Assembly (NCBI GenBank): GCA_038087875.1
Contig: CM075991.1
Coordinates: forward strand, 13,580,001-13,644,000
Reading direction: 5' to 3'
Source: Malacoraja senta
Taxonomy: Eukaryota
Length of the DNA stretch: 64,000 nt
A model generated the notes under the pieces. That model was not told the origin of the DNA, did no database searches, and was given only the letters and a program-made list of their open reading frames with translations. This document shows, piece by piece, positions 14,028 to 27,444 of this stretch. Within the stretch, counting starts at the first letter, position 1, and each line of letters opens with the position of its first letter. Made by a program: the position numbers and the translations under genes.

Positions 14028-15803
14028 GTGAGTACTCGCTCACATCGCCAATGCAAACGCCGGCCATCCGGCCCACACACATCGTGCTGGTCTGCATTCT
14101 CCAGCAACGCCAACGCTCACTATAACTAATGTGTCAATTGTCCCACCCATGTGTTTGAGCATTGCCCAAACATGTTCTTGAGGACAGAACATGTTGGAAA
14201 TGGTCACTTCGCAGGTCGAGCAGCATCTGTGGAGTTGGTGTATGAAGTTGATGAACTTTCATCAGATTCCTCTGGTATTCTCCCAAACTTTGGATAAAAT
14301 AACTTTTCCTTAAATCCCAGGCTGACTTTTTCTTGTCTACTTTGTGTTGACATTAATTCATTCTATTTTGTTGAATATAACGTTGTTCTAGTGGCATCCT
14401 TGTAATTGATTTGAGCACCTCCAGTGACCATATGTCCTTTACATAATATGATGAGCAAATGTTGGCAAGCCATGTTCAATGCATTTGCTCTGCTCTTCTT
14501 TACTTTATAATATTATTTTGCTGAACTAACGGTGTTAGCTTAATATGTTGGATATGTTAGTTTTACTTTCATGGCCCTCCAGAAGGATTTAATGAAATTT
14601 AGTCACAAGAAACATTGACAACAAAAGAGATGCAGAATTTGAAATAATTAGACACTACGTTTGGCTAACATAGGCACAGTGAGTCAAACGGCCTTTTACT
14701 GTACTGTATATTTTATTGTTTGCATTAATAAATGAGTTCAAAAGCAGCAGAAAGTAAGTATGAATTGGAGTTAGAGACTTCTAATGATCCCGCCCCTTTC
14801 CAACTACAGCCTCACCACAACACAGGTGTGCACTTTGTTTCGGCCTTTCGAATCATCTAGAAATATTTTGAATAAATCAATAAAAATATGTGTATTCATG
14901 TTTGCTGAGGACTTAATCAAGTTCTGTGGACAGGAGCAGATACAAAACATTCTGAACCAAATACAAATTATTTACTGTCTGCAGAAAACCAATCTAACCA
15001 AACCGTACAACATTGAGGCCAAAGTGTTTCATTTGCTATTTCAAAGCCATCAATCCAAACACAGTACACATTCAAAACACTCCGATGAATGTTACGGTGT
15101 TTGGAAGGATGGCTTGATTTGTTTGCATAATCTATCTTAATATTTCATGACTTTGTGGCTACAAAATGGATAAATAAATTGTTATTGCAGAGTGCCAAGC
15201 ATTGCTTTGTGTGGGAGGTACAACGTAACACAGGAACAGGCCGTTTGGCCCATGATATTTGTACTAGCCATGATGCCAATCTAACTAATCCTATCTGCTT
15301 GCACATGATATGTATCCCTCTGTCCTTTTTCTGTTCATTTGTCGGTCTAAATGTCTCATAAATGTTGATGTAGTCCACATGTACCACCTCCCCTGGCAGG
15401 CACTCCAAGCACCTACCACTCTTTAATTAAAATAAACCTTGCAAATCTCTTTCTAAACTTCCCTATCTCATCTTATACCTAGCCATAATATTTCTTATTT
15501 ACCCCCTTTGCCTTTTGACCCAACTTGCCCATGCCAAGTGAGATGTCCCATCTACAATTGTCCCACCTGCCTGCATTTGGCCCATAATGTTCCAAGCCTT
15601 TCCTATCCATGTACCGTTCCAAATTTCTTTTAAATGTTGTTAGAATATTCACCTCCTCTGGCAGCTCGTTCCATATACCCACCACACTCTGTGAGGAAAA
15701 AGTTGCCCCTTGGGTTCCTGTTGAATCTTTCCCCTCTCACCTTAAACTTGTGTCCCCTAGTTTGTGATTTCCCCTAGACTGGGTAAAAGACAACGTTCAC
15801 CCA

Positions 15804-15987
15804 AAGATAAACACAAAAAGCTGGAGTAACTCAGCGGGACAGACAGCTTCTCTGGAGCGAAGAAATGGGTGACGTTTCGGGCCGAGACCCTTCTTCAGTC
15901 TGAAGATGCTGCCTGTCCCGTTGAGTTACTCCAGCTTTTTGTGTCTATCTTCGGTTTAAACCAGCATCTGCAGTTCCTTCTTACACA
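15804..15987. mobile_element. Short fold-back PLE pLTR remnant
   Basis: Inverted arms (ACACAAAAAGCTGGAGTAACTCA.CGGGACAG / CTGTCCCG.TGAGTTACTCCAGCTTTTTGTGT) around a minus-strand CTGAAGAAGGGTCTCGGCCCGAAACGTC motif. Confidence 0.75.
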
Positions 15988-17055
15988 TCTTGTACATTTC
16001 CTTCATGATCTTGTATACCTCTAAGATCACTCCTCATCCTACTGTGCTTTAAAGAATAAAGTCCTAGCCTGCTCTACCTCTCCATATAGTTCAGGTTTCA
16101 AGTCCTGGCAACATCCTCATAAATCTTCTCTGTACTATTTCCAGCTTAACGACTTCCTTCCTATAAAAAGCTGAACTCTAAATGTGGCCTCACAAACTAC
16201 TTGTACATATCATAACATGCCAACTTCTATACTCAATGCTTTGACTGATGAAGGCCAATGTGCCAAAAGCCACAGTCAACACCCTATCTCTCTGTGCCGC
16301 TACTTTCAAGGAACTATGTACCTACACTCCTAGATCCCTCTGCTCTACAACGGGAGGTTAGCAGAGTAAATAAATGGGCTAAGATAAAGGGTGTAGTTCC
16401 AAATTAGATCAGTCGCATGGACCTCAATGAGAAAACAGAATGCTTTCTAAATGATGAGCAGCCCAGGCTTGGGGAGAACCAAGCAACTGCAATCATTCAA
16501 GTACTTTGCCCTTGGAGAGAGTGTACTACAGTTTCATAAACTTGATAAATGCAACAAAAGTAAAACGATGGATTGCTTAAATAAATTATTGTGTACAAAA
16601 AATGGAGGCATTATCTAATTGAGATATTGAAAAAGATTTGATTCTCACTTGGAAAACCTTTTTTTATGGGATAGTACACAACAAGCAGGTGCATCCACGT
16701 AATGAGAGCTAGGCCTTTAAACCATCCTGAAAATTCAGCAGTAATTTGTGACTTGAGATTGTGGGTTCAGAGATTTCTGTTTAATCACCTGAATTGATAT
16801 AGAAGTGCCTGTCAGTGGTAGCAACTTCTTTTTTGCTTAAGGCATCAAGCTAAGGCTAGTGATGGTGGAAACACTCAGCAGGTCAGGCAGCATCTGGGCC
16901 ATTCTTTGGAAAGTGAACCAAAATGTCACACACGTTAGCAAATGGCATCACATAAAGTAATACATCAAAAAATTATTGAGCTAAATTGCTGACATGTCTG
17001 AAGGGGGCCTCTGGCAGTCTGCATATTGCAAGTAATTACATCCTGGGGAAAAAAA

Positions 17056-17700
17056 AGACACAAAGTGCTGGAGTAACTCAGCAGGTCAGGCGGCATCCCT
17101 GGAGAATATAGATAGGTGATGTTTCAGGTCGGGACCCTTCTTCAGATTGATCTTAGAGAGGTGGGGGGGAAGAGGAGAAAGTGGAAAGAGAGGAGGGGCG
17201 GGACAAATTGAGACAGGTAATAAGTGAATATTGGCTAGGGGAGGCAGATGGTTGGATACAGGTCAGAGATGAAAAAAAAATGTGCGAGACTTCTTGAACT
17301 TGCCCAATGAACTGAGGAATATGCCTTTGTGAACTTCTCTATTTTTTTTAATCAAAGCTCACTTAGAGAATTGCTCTAATTTCAAGTAACCCTTGCATCC
17401 CCTCTCCTTCCCGTCCTACTAGTTCCATTGTTCACATCCTTGTACCCCTTTGTTATCACCTCTTCCTCAACCAACAATGGGCCATTATGGGCTCCAACCT
17501 TCCTTGGTCGTCCGTTGCCGACCCTGCTTTGTTCTGACCTTTACTTACGACCAGTTCCCTCCCCTGAGTCTGAGGAAGGATCCCAAACGAAAACGTCACC
17601 AATCTTTTTTCTCCAAAGATGCTGCCTGACCTGCTGAGTTACTCTAGCACTTTGTGGTGATCTTCAGTGTAAACCAGCATCTGCAGTTCCTTTCTTCACA
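17056..17700. mobile_element. PLE remnant with inverted pLTRs
   Basis: Same terminal motifs as the other PLE copies, in inverted orientation at the two ends. Confidence 0.7.
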
Positions 17701-18693
17701 TACCTTATTCATTTGTTGGTAGTTCGACCCTAGAGATTAGGAGAACAAAATATTTGTGATGTTGTACTTTTTTATAGGTTTTCATTGTTTAAATTTTATG
17801 GTGTTTTTTAAATTTAGTTTTATCCACCGCACTTTTAGAAAATGTATCAGATGCCATTTAAAACAGTTTAAAAATACATTCCAGCTCTAACAGGAGGTGA
17901 GGTGCTCCTCTCCAGTCAAAGTGCCAGGAGTTCTGATGGAAGGGGTCCAGCAGTATACTGGCTGAGTGAGGCTTGATCACTGTGGGCTCTTTGATATCCT
18001 CTACTGCCCAACTCAGTGGTTGAGATTATGCTTCTTTGGCCCCCTGGATCAGTTACAGATGTTAGCCAGGGTTCATTGGCAGTGAGTCTAGGCAACAGGC
18101 ATTTCTATTTGGCTCAATATCTACTTCTCAGTAGGTGATCTGCTAATGTTCACTTTGCTGTTTTGGGGAATTGTGTGCATTTTAGGTGTATTATTTCCAA
18201 TGTTAAGGCAGTGACTCCACTTCAAAATAAATGTAATTGATTGTCATGTGCCTTGGTAAGACCTGATATCATGAAAGGTGCTTTAAGTGCACATCCTTCT
18301 TTGAATTAATAATTAAAAAACTGAGATTCTTAGCCTTTTGAATGGGAGTGCAAGATGGAGTTAAGATTCAGATCAGTGATGATTTAATTGAATAGACATG
18401 CTCCTGCGCTTTTCTCCCTACATCCACGTGTCTTTTCTACAATCACAGATTTACCTTCTGCTCGGTCTAATTATAAGCTCACCAAACATTTTCACCACAG
18501 GTATAATTCAGCTTCGACCTGGTAACTGTAAAATTCTCATTCATGAGTTAAATGTTTTCACCTGTCTGCAAGCAAACACCTTGGCTACCTTGTGCAACTC
18601 TGACCTCCTTCCATACATATGGGGTGAAGCTGCCTCACACCACCATAATTATTACAGTAACCAGATGCTAACTCATTGCCACTCTTTCCACAG

Positions 18694-18853
18694 GACAAGT
18701 TGGCACACAAAGCAAGGAATCTGACTTGTACTGGGGAACGGCCACCCTCCATTCAAGCCACCACTCAGATGGAGCAGGAAGCTCTGGACATCGTTGAGAT
18801 ATACAGCAGCAGAAGCATTGAGAATGGCGAGGCTGGAGGCCAAGGACCACAGG
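18694..18853 (+). CDS. Exon 2 of the Myb/SANT-like gene
   Basis: Branch-like CTAAC and acceptor CTCTTTCCACAG; phase 0 start; DKLAHKARNLTCTGERPP...MEQEALDIV resembles the post-SANT 'TGGGP' segment; donor CAGG|GTGTCT, phase 1. Confidence 0.8.
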
Positions 18854-20458
18854 GTGTCTGCCTATTTCCCCTCACCTACTCTGTTCTTGAGCATCACTCA
18901 GGCAGTGTGATCGCCCTGGGAATAAAACCAGAACATGCTGGAAACATTCAGATGTCAGACAGCATCCTAGTGAAGTGAGAGAGAGGTAGAAATTGGTTGA
19001 CGTTTCAGTATAGTCGTCTTTGATTGGAACCCAATATTATGCTGTTCCTAAGCCCATCTACTTTCTAGTTTTGTATTCCTTTATGGGGTGTTAGTTTTGC
19101 TAATAAGATCAGCATTTATTACTAAGTGATTCGATACAAGTGAGCAGCTTGCCATCGAATTACTGAGGGGATTTGAGAGTGAGCCATATTTAGCAAACTG
19201 GAGCTGTTACAGCACAGTCTTCTTCTTGCGAATGAAACATAAACCAAAGGAATAGTTAGATCTCAAGCTGGGTGTTGAGCATCCAGGTTGCTGTCTCTGC
19301 ACAGTAATGGGTCCTTTGACTCAACCTGTCTGTGCTACTGTGTTGCCCTTCCATACCAATCCCATTTGCCTGCAATAAGCTAGTTCGATCTGCTGCTTGT
19401 CTATCCACGCATCAGCAACCAACTGCATTTTAAATGTTGTCATTATATGTTCCCTCTGGCAGCTTGTTCCATATCAGAAAGAGGCTCTTGAACCTGACTC
19501 TTCCATGCAAACTGAGTATCTATTTATGTTAATCACATTTGGCTCGTGTCCCTCCATTCCTTTCCTATCCACGTGGGTTTTGAATGCTGTGATTGTACCT
19601 TCTGCTCCCACCAATAATGGGAGCTTGTTCCCTTTGTCCACCACCCTCCGTGTGGAACCTCTTACCCCTTGGATCTCATTTAAATATTCCCCCTCTCAAC
19701 TTCAATGTAAACACTCTAGTTTCAGATTTCCCTACCCTTGGAAAAAGGCTGTATATACTATATGCCCCTCATATACTACATGCCCCTCATCTTCTATAAG
19801 ATTACCCCTCGGCCTCCTGTGCTTCAATGTAAACAATTCCAGCCTATCCAATCTCTTTGCATGTGGAAGAGTAGGATAGAACTGCAAATGCTAGTTTAAA
19901 TCGAAGGTAGACACAAAATGATGGAGTAACTCAGTGGGACGAGCAGCATCTCTGGAGAGAAGGAATGGGTGACGTTTCAGATCGAGATCCTTCTTCAGAC
20001 TGAAGAAAGGTCTGAAGAGTGAAGAAGGGTCTCGTTCCGAAATGTCAACCATGCCTTCTTTCTTTGTATCTGAATCCCTCCATTTCAGGCAACGTTCTGC
20101 TTAACTGGAAAACAGACATCAAGCATTATCTGTGGAAGAAAATGCGCTGATGACATTTTGGGGTGTGACCCTTTTGCAGACTCTGCTATCTAGTCAATTT
20201 ATGCCTATTTATAATCTGCATGATCATCCCTCAGCCTCCCACACTCCATTGAGAACAAACCTAGCCTGTTCAATCTCTTCTTGTAACTAATCCATGTAAC
20301 TAAAGCCCTCCATTGCATACAATTTCCTGGTAAATTGCTTCTACACTTTTTCTAATCTGCCATGTATTTCCTATAGTGTGGTAAACAGACTCTGCACAAT
20401 GGTTCAAAGTGTGACCTGACCAACATTTTTACAACTGCAAAATGACATCTCATCTCAT

Positions 20459-21265
20459 GTGTAGGAAGGAACTACAAATGCTGGTTTATGCTGAAGATAG
20501 ACACAAAATGTTGAAGTAACTCAGCGCGTCAGGCAGCATCTCTGGAGAAAAAGAACAGGTGATGTTTTGGGTCAGCACCCTTCTTCAGACTGAAAGTAGA
20601 GGGGGGAGGAAATAAACTGGAGGCGAGAAAAGGCCAGAACAAATCAGGGCTGGCAACAGATGACCACACGAAGGGTGGAGCCCACAATGACCCATTGTTG
20701 GCTGGGGAAGATGTGATAACCAGAGAGATACAAGGATGCGACCAGTGGAACTGGTAGGGCGACTCGGGTAGGGGAGGAGGGAGAGAGAATCCAGGAATTG
20801 CTTGAAATCAATGTTCGTACCACTGGGTTGTAAGCTGCCCAAGCAAAATATGAGGTGTTGTTCATCCAATTTGCACGTGGCTTCATTCTGACAGTGGAGG
20901 AGGCCAGTATGGAAATGGGTAGGGGAGTTAAAATCTTAGGCAATCAGGAGATCACTTAGGCCAAGGCTTAGGCCGTGATCTTGCTGATATATAGGGCCCA
21001 CACTAGGAACACCGGATAGAGTAGATGAGGTTGGAGGGGGTGCAAGTAAATCTCTGCTTCACCTGAAAGGACTGATGGGGTCCTTGGACGGAGTCGAGGG
21101 TGGAGGTATACAGACAGATGTTGCATCTCTTGCAGTTGCAGAGAAAGGTACTGGGGAGGGGGTGGTTTGGGAGGGAAGAGATGAGTGAACCAGGGAGTTG
21201 CAGAGGGAACGGTCTCTGGGGAAAGGGGTGGAGATGGGAAGATGTAAGTAATGGTGGGATCCCGT
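20459..21265 (-). mobile_element. PLE 3' fragment (GIY-YIG C-terminus + pLTR)
   Basis: ORF 20585-20869 (EQHLIFCLGSLQPSGTNIDF) matches the PLE C-terminus seen in the other copies. Confidence 0.8.
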
Positions 21266-22759
21266 GTACTCAGTAACTTGGCCTATGATTTTGGGTCTGA
21301 AGTCATCAGCAAGCCAATCGTTAGGGGTAGCAAGTACGTTGAAATACTTAAATTAGATGCTTTTAAAGGCAATTTGGTAATTGTACAATTGCATACCGTC
21401 TGCTTTCCTTCACCAGCTAAATCATTGATGATAGGAGATAAAATGTCATATTAGTTATTCAAATCTTTAGCAAGGCTACACTTGTTGTTTTGTGTGCAGT
21501 TGTGGTCTCCATGCTGTAGAATGGATATGATTAGACCAGAGGGAGTGCAGAAAAGTTTCACTGGAATGATTGGATTGGCTGAGGCTCTTTCCCCAGAGGC
21601 TGAGGGATGATTTTTTAGAGATTTATAAAATTGAGGGGTGTGGATAGTGTTTTTATCTTGGGATGGGGGAGTCTAAAACTAAAGGGCATAGGTTTTAGAT
21701 GCGATAGGAAAGATTAAAAATGCATTTAAGGGGCAGGTTTTTCACACTGAGGGTGGTGGGTTTATGGAACAGTATCAGTGGGGATGGTCGAGGCAGGTGT
21801 AGTTATGATTAAGAAGCATTTGGCCCAGTACATGGACCATTGTGGGCTCCACCTTTCCTTGATCATTGTTGCTTTTTGCAGATTCTTCATTCATTTGTTC
21901 TATATCTCGCTATATCATTGTCTATATTTCTTGTCTTCCTTTCCCCTGACTCTCAGTCTGAAAAAGGGTCTCAATTGAAAACATCACCTATTCCTTTTCT
22001 CCAGAGATGCTGCCTGACCTGCTAAGTTACTCCAGCTTTTTGTGTCTATCTTTAGTTTTAAACCAGCATCTGCAGTTCCTTCCTACGCAAGATTACATAG
22101 GTATTTTGGTTGACATGAATGAGCTGAGTTGAGTTGAAGAGCCTGTGTCAGTGCTTTATAACTCTGTGAATCTATGCATTGCAGGTAATCTGCACTGTTT
22201 CTTGCTTCACGCCAACTAACTACATGAAATTTCAACATACTGTAGACTATCCCTTCAGAGTGGAATGATCCTGTCAGCAACGCCAGTGGCCTTCACCTTC
22301 CCATGCCATTTTTACCCTGCAGTACATTCCCATTTACATTTCATTTTCCAGGGTTCTAAATACACCAGGTGAAGTGGAAAGTGCTCTTCTTTCAGTTTAG
22401 TATTCTACATTTGTTGCACATGTAATTTCTTCTACACTGGAGAAGCCAAACAGATCGGGTACCTCCTTTAGCACTGTGTGTGACCCCCAAACTTCCAATC
22501 AACTCTTGTTTAGTTCTTCAACCCATTTCCAATTGTGTCCTTTACCCGTTGCTCTCCAAAATAGTTTGATGTAAGATGAAGAAACAGAATATTAAACTAT
22601 ATAGCAATTTACACATTAATATTTGCTCTCACTTCCAACCAAAGCCATATCTATCATGTACTTGGACCGAGGCACTTTGAGACACAACACACTCGAGTGC
22701 AGTAGATTTTTTTTGATGTTCATGTTTGTGATAATAATATAAACAATGAACATTCATTA

Positions 22760-23083
22760 GATGCACAAAGTCTTTTGCCCAGAATAGGTAAATCGAGGAC
22801 CAGAGGACATAGGTTTAAGGTGAAGAGGAAAAGATTTAATAGGAATCTGAGGGGTAACTTTTTCACACAAAGGGTGGTGGGTGTATGGAACAAGCTGCCA
22901 GAAAAGGTAGTTGAGGCTGGGACTATCCCAACATTTAAGAAGCAGTTAGACAGGTACATGGAAAGGACAGGTTTGGAGGGATATGGACCAAATGCTGGCA
23001 GGTGGGACTAGTGTAGCTGGGACATGTTGGTCGGCAAGTTGGGCCGAAGGGCCTGTTTCAACACTATCACTCTATGACTCTAT
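22760..23083 (+). mobile_element. CR1 3' end
   Basis: ORF 22775-23011 (TRGHRFKV...FTQRVVGVWNKLP); CTCTATGA tail. Confidence 0.85.
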
Positions 23084-23197
23084 GTGAAAGTGCTCAGATG
23101 TGCAGCATACAATTTACAAGGAATGAAAGCCAGACTACATGCTAGTCAGACTTGAGTTAAACTGTACCTCTGTTCAGTAGCTGATATTTTGCTCCGT

Positions 23198-23650
23198 GGG
23201 CAGTACGGTGGTGCAGCAACTAGACATTCTGTATCACTGCGCTAGATGCATGGGTTCAATCCTAATCATTGATGGTTTCAGTGTGGAGTTTGCATGTTCT
23301 CTCTGTAACCACATTGGTTTCCCCCTTACATCCCCAAAATATGTGGGTTGTGGGTTAATTTGTTACTGTAAATAGTCCCTAATGCTGGGGTGGAAGATTG
23401 CAACCTTCACGTGGTCCGCCCTGTTTCGACTAATGCAATCAACTCAACGTGCACAAACGGAAGATCAAATAGAACAAGTTGTCCAACAACTTTAGGCTGT
23501 GCATGCCACATGAAAGAAGAAGAAGTCCCTAATGCTTGGAATAGTGATCGAATCTGTGGGGGGGGGGGAGTTGATGAGAATGAAAGAAAATGTAGGATAG
23601 ACGAAAATGATTTGTGTAGATTTGATGGACTGAAGGGTATGTCGATGTGC
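23198..23650 (+). mobile_element. Decayed tRNA-derived V-domain SINE interrupted by a 137-bp insertion
   Basis: A-box-like GGTGGTGCAG, B-box GGTTCAATCC and V-domain-like GTGTGGAGTTTGCATGTTCTC. Confidence 0.65.
23387..23523 (+). mobile_element. Short retroposed 3' end with (GAA)n tail (Vingi/RTE-like) and 13-bp TSD
   Basis: AGTCCCTAATGCT at 23374-23386 and 23524-23536; insert ends AAGAAGAAGA. Family assignment is tentative. Confidence 0.7.
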
Positions 23651-24499
23651 TGCATCACTCCTGGTATGCCTGCTTGATTGCCGAACTGCTACAGTTGAAG
23701 ATCATGCCTTTCTCTCTGAGGACTAGCACCAGAGGCAGGCTTCTGAATGAAGCTGCAGCTGTGACATTGGGAATTGTGCATGTTGTATTTCAGTGCATTG
23801 TACAGGGGGGAATCCAATTTCGAGACAGTTTTCTCTTCTCTTTGAAACCCACAATTTCAAAGAATGAACATTTCCAGCATTCTCTGATTTTTATTTCAGA
23901 TGTCTAGCACTTTCAGTTTTATAATTTCAGATAATGTCACTATTTGGCATTTGCATCTCCTGTAGAAAGATTTTTTTAATTTATCCCATTACTGCCTTAC
24001 GCTGTCATCTTTTGTTAATCACTCTGCTAACTAGCCTAACTTGTTATTTGCTACTTGCCTTATTATCTTAAAACATATGAGCTTTGCCATTTTGATGAAA
24101 GATCATAGAAACATAGAAAATAGGTGCAGGAGTAGGCCATTCGGCCCTTCGAGCCTGCACCGCCATTCAATATGATCATGGCTGATCATCCAACTCAGTA
24201 TCCTGTACCTGCCTTCTCTCCATACCTACATAGATACATAGATACATAGAAAATAGGTGCAGGAGTAGGCCATTCGGCCCTTCGAGCCTGTACCGCCATT
24301 CAATACGATCATGGCTGATCATCCAACTCAGTATCCCGTACCTGCCTTCTCTCCATACCCCCTGATCCCTTTAGCCACAAGGGCCACATCTAATTCCCTC
24401 TTAAATATAGCCAATGAACTGGCCTCAACTACCCTCTGTGGCAGAGAGTTCCAGAGATTCACCACTCTCTGTGTGAAAAAGTTTTTCCTCATCTCGGTC

Positions 24500-27200
24500 T
24501 TAAAGGATTTCCCCCCTTATCCTTAAGCTGTGACCCCTTGTCCTGGACTTCCCCAACATCGGGAACAATCTTCCTGCATCTAGCCTGTCCAACCCCATAA
24601 GAATTTTGTACGTTTCTATAAGATCCCCTCTCAATCTCCTAAATTCTAGCGAGTATAAGCCAAGTCTATCCAGTCTTTCTTCATATGAAAGTCCTGACAT
24701 CCCAGGAATCAGTCTGGTGAACCTTCTCTGCACTCCCTCTATGGCTATAATGTCCTTCCTCAGATTTGGAGACCAAAACTGTACGCAATACTCCAGGTGT
24801 GGTCTCACCAAGACCCTGTACAACTGCAGTAGAACCTCGCTGCTCCTATACTCAAATCCTCTTGCTATGAAGGCCAACATACCATTCGCTTTCTTCACTG
24901 CCTGCTGCACCTGCATGCCTACTTTCAATGACTGGTGTACCATGACACCCAGGTCTCGCTGCATCTCCCCATTTCCTAATCGGCCACCATTTAGATAATA
25001 GTCTGCCTTCCCGTTTTTGCTACCAAAGTGGATAACCTCACATTTATCCACATTATACTGCATCTGCCAAACATTTGCCCACTCACCCAGCCTATCCAAG
25101 TCACCTTGCAGTCTCCTAGCATCCTCCTCACAGCTAACACTGCCCCCCAGCTTAGTGTCATCCGCAAACTTGGAGATGTTGCTTTCAATTCCCTCGTCCA
25201 GATCATTAATATAAATTGTAAATAGCTGGGGTCCCAGCACTGAGCCTTGCGGTACCCCACTAGTCACTGCCTGCCATTGTGAAAAGGACCCGTTTACTCC
25301 TACTCTTTGCTTCCTGTTTGCCAGCCAGTTCTCTATCCACATCAATACTGAACCCCCAATACCGTGTGATTTAAGTTTGTATCCTAATCTCTTATGTGGT
25401 ACCTTGTCGAAAGCCTTCTGAAAGTCCAGATACAACACATCCACTGGTTCTCCCCTATCCACTCTACTAGTTACATCCTCGAAAAATTCTATAAGATTCG
25501 TCAGACACGATTTACCTTTCGTAAATCCATGCTGACTTTGTCCAATGATTTCACCACTTTCCAAATGTGCTGCTATCCCATCTTTAATAACTGACTCTAG
25601 CAGTTTCCCCACTACCGATGTTAGACTAACTGGTCTGTAATTCCCCGTTTTCTCTCTCCCTCCCTTCTTAAAAAGTGGGGTTACGTTTGCTACCCTCCAA
25701 TCCTCAGGAACTACTCCAGAATCTAAAGAGTTTTGAAAAATTATCACTAATGCATCCACTATTTCTGGAGCTACTTCCTTAAGTACTCTGGGATGCAGCC
25801 TATCTGGCCCTGGTGATTTATCGGCCTTTAATCCATTCAATTTACCCAACACCACTTCCCGACTAACCTGGATTTCACTCAGTTCCTCCATCTCCTTTGA
25901 CCCGCGGCCCCCTGCTATTTCCGGCAGATTATTTATGTCTTCCTTAGTGAAGACGGAACCAAAGTAGTTATTCAATTGGTCTGCCATATCCTTGTTCCCC
26001 ATGATCAATTCACCTGTTTCTGACTGCAAGGGACCTACATTTGATTTAACTAATCTCTTTCTCTTCACATATCTATAAAAACTTTTGCAGTCAGTTTTTA
26101 TGTTCCCTGCCAGTTTCCTTTCATAATCTATTTTCCCTTTCCTAATTAAGCCCTTTGTCCTCCTCTGCTGGTCTCTGAATTTCTCCCAGTCCTCTGGTAT
26201 GCTGCTTTTTCTGGCTAATTTGTACGCATCATCTTTTGCTTTGATACTATCCCTGATTTCCCTTGTTATCCACGGATGCACTACCTTCCTTGATTTATTC
26301 TTTTGCCAAACTGGGATGAACAATTTTTGTAGTTCATCCATGCAGTCTTTAAATGCCTTCCATTGCATATTCACCGTCAACCCTTTTAGAACTAATTGCC
26401 AGTCAATCTTGGCCAATTCACGTCTCATACCCTCAAAGTTACCTTTCTTTAAGTTCAGAACCGTTGTTTCTGAATTAACAATGTCACTCTCCATCCTAAT
26501 GAAGAACTCAACCATATTATGATCACTCTTGCCCAAGGGGGCACGCACAACAAGTCTGCTAACTAACCCTTCCTCATTACTCAATACCCAGTCTAGAATA
26601 GCCTGCTCTCTCGTTGGTTCCTCTACATGTTGGTTTAGATAACTATCCCTCATACATTCCAAGAAATCCTCTTCCTCAGCACCCCTGCCAATTTGATTCA
26701 CCCAATCTATATGTAGATTGAAGTCACCCATTATAACTGTTTTGCCTTTGTTGCACGCATTTCTAATTTCCTGTTTGATGCCATCCCCAACTTCACTACT
26801 ACTGCTAGGTGGCCTGTACACAACACCCACCAGCGTTTTCTGCCCCTTAGTGTTTCGCAGCTCTACCCATACCGATTCCACATCCTCCAAGCTAATGTCC
26901 TTCCTTTCCACTGCGTTAATCTCCTCTCTAACCAGCAACGCTACCCCACCTCCTTTTTCTTTCTCTCTATCCCTCCTGAATATTGAATATCCCTGGATGT
27001 TCAGCTCCCAGCCTTGGTCACCTTGGAGCCATGTCTCCGTGATCCCAACTATATCATAATCATTACTTGCTATCTGCACGTTCAACTCATCCACCTTATT
27101 ACGAATGCTCCTTGCATTGAGACACAAAGCCTTCAGGCTTGTTTTTACAACGCTCTTACCCCTTATACAATTATGTTGAAAAGTGGCTCTTTTTGATTTT
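24500..27200 (-). CDS. CR1 ORF2 (apurinic-like endonuclease + reverse transcriptase), frameshift near C-terminus
   Basis: LCLNARSIRNK, GITETW, GVVYRPP, GDFN, SDH (APE); YRPVSLTS, QHGF, FQKAFDKV, GVPQGSVLGP, FADD (RT). One extra C at ~24511 shifts the final codons. True start uncertain. Confidence 0.9.
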
Positions 27201-27444
27201 TGCCCTGGATTTGTCTGCCTGCCACTTTTACCTTTCACCTTGCTACCTATTGCTTCCGCCCGCATTTTACACCCCTCTGTTTCTCTGCTCACCCATTTAA
27301 GAACCCCACCACCTCTTATTCTCTGTTTATTATTGTTTTCTTCTTTCCCCCCTACATGTTGGGTCTGAGTGCTTTCCTTCTCTGCCTCCTGCCTCACACA
27401 CTGTCTAATAGCATTCTCTATTTGAGTCCCTCCCCCCAACCATT

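Noticed and set aside
14028..14129. Single-exon 110-aa reading of ORF 13797-14129
   Set aside because: A consensus GTGAGT donor follows the SANT domain; the tail is intron read-through.
23198..23270. tRNA gene
   Set aside because: Degenerate A/B boxes followed by a V-domain; this is a SINE head with no cloverleaf.
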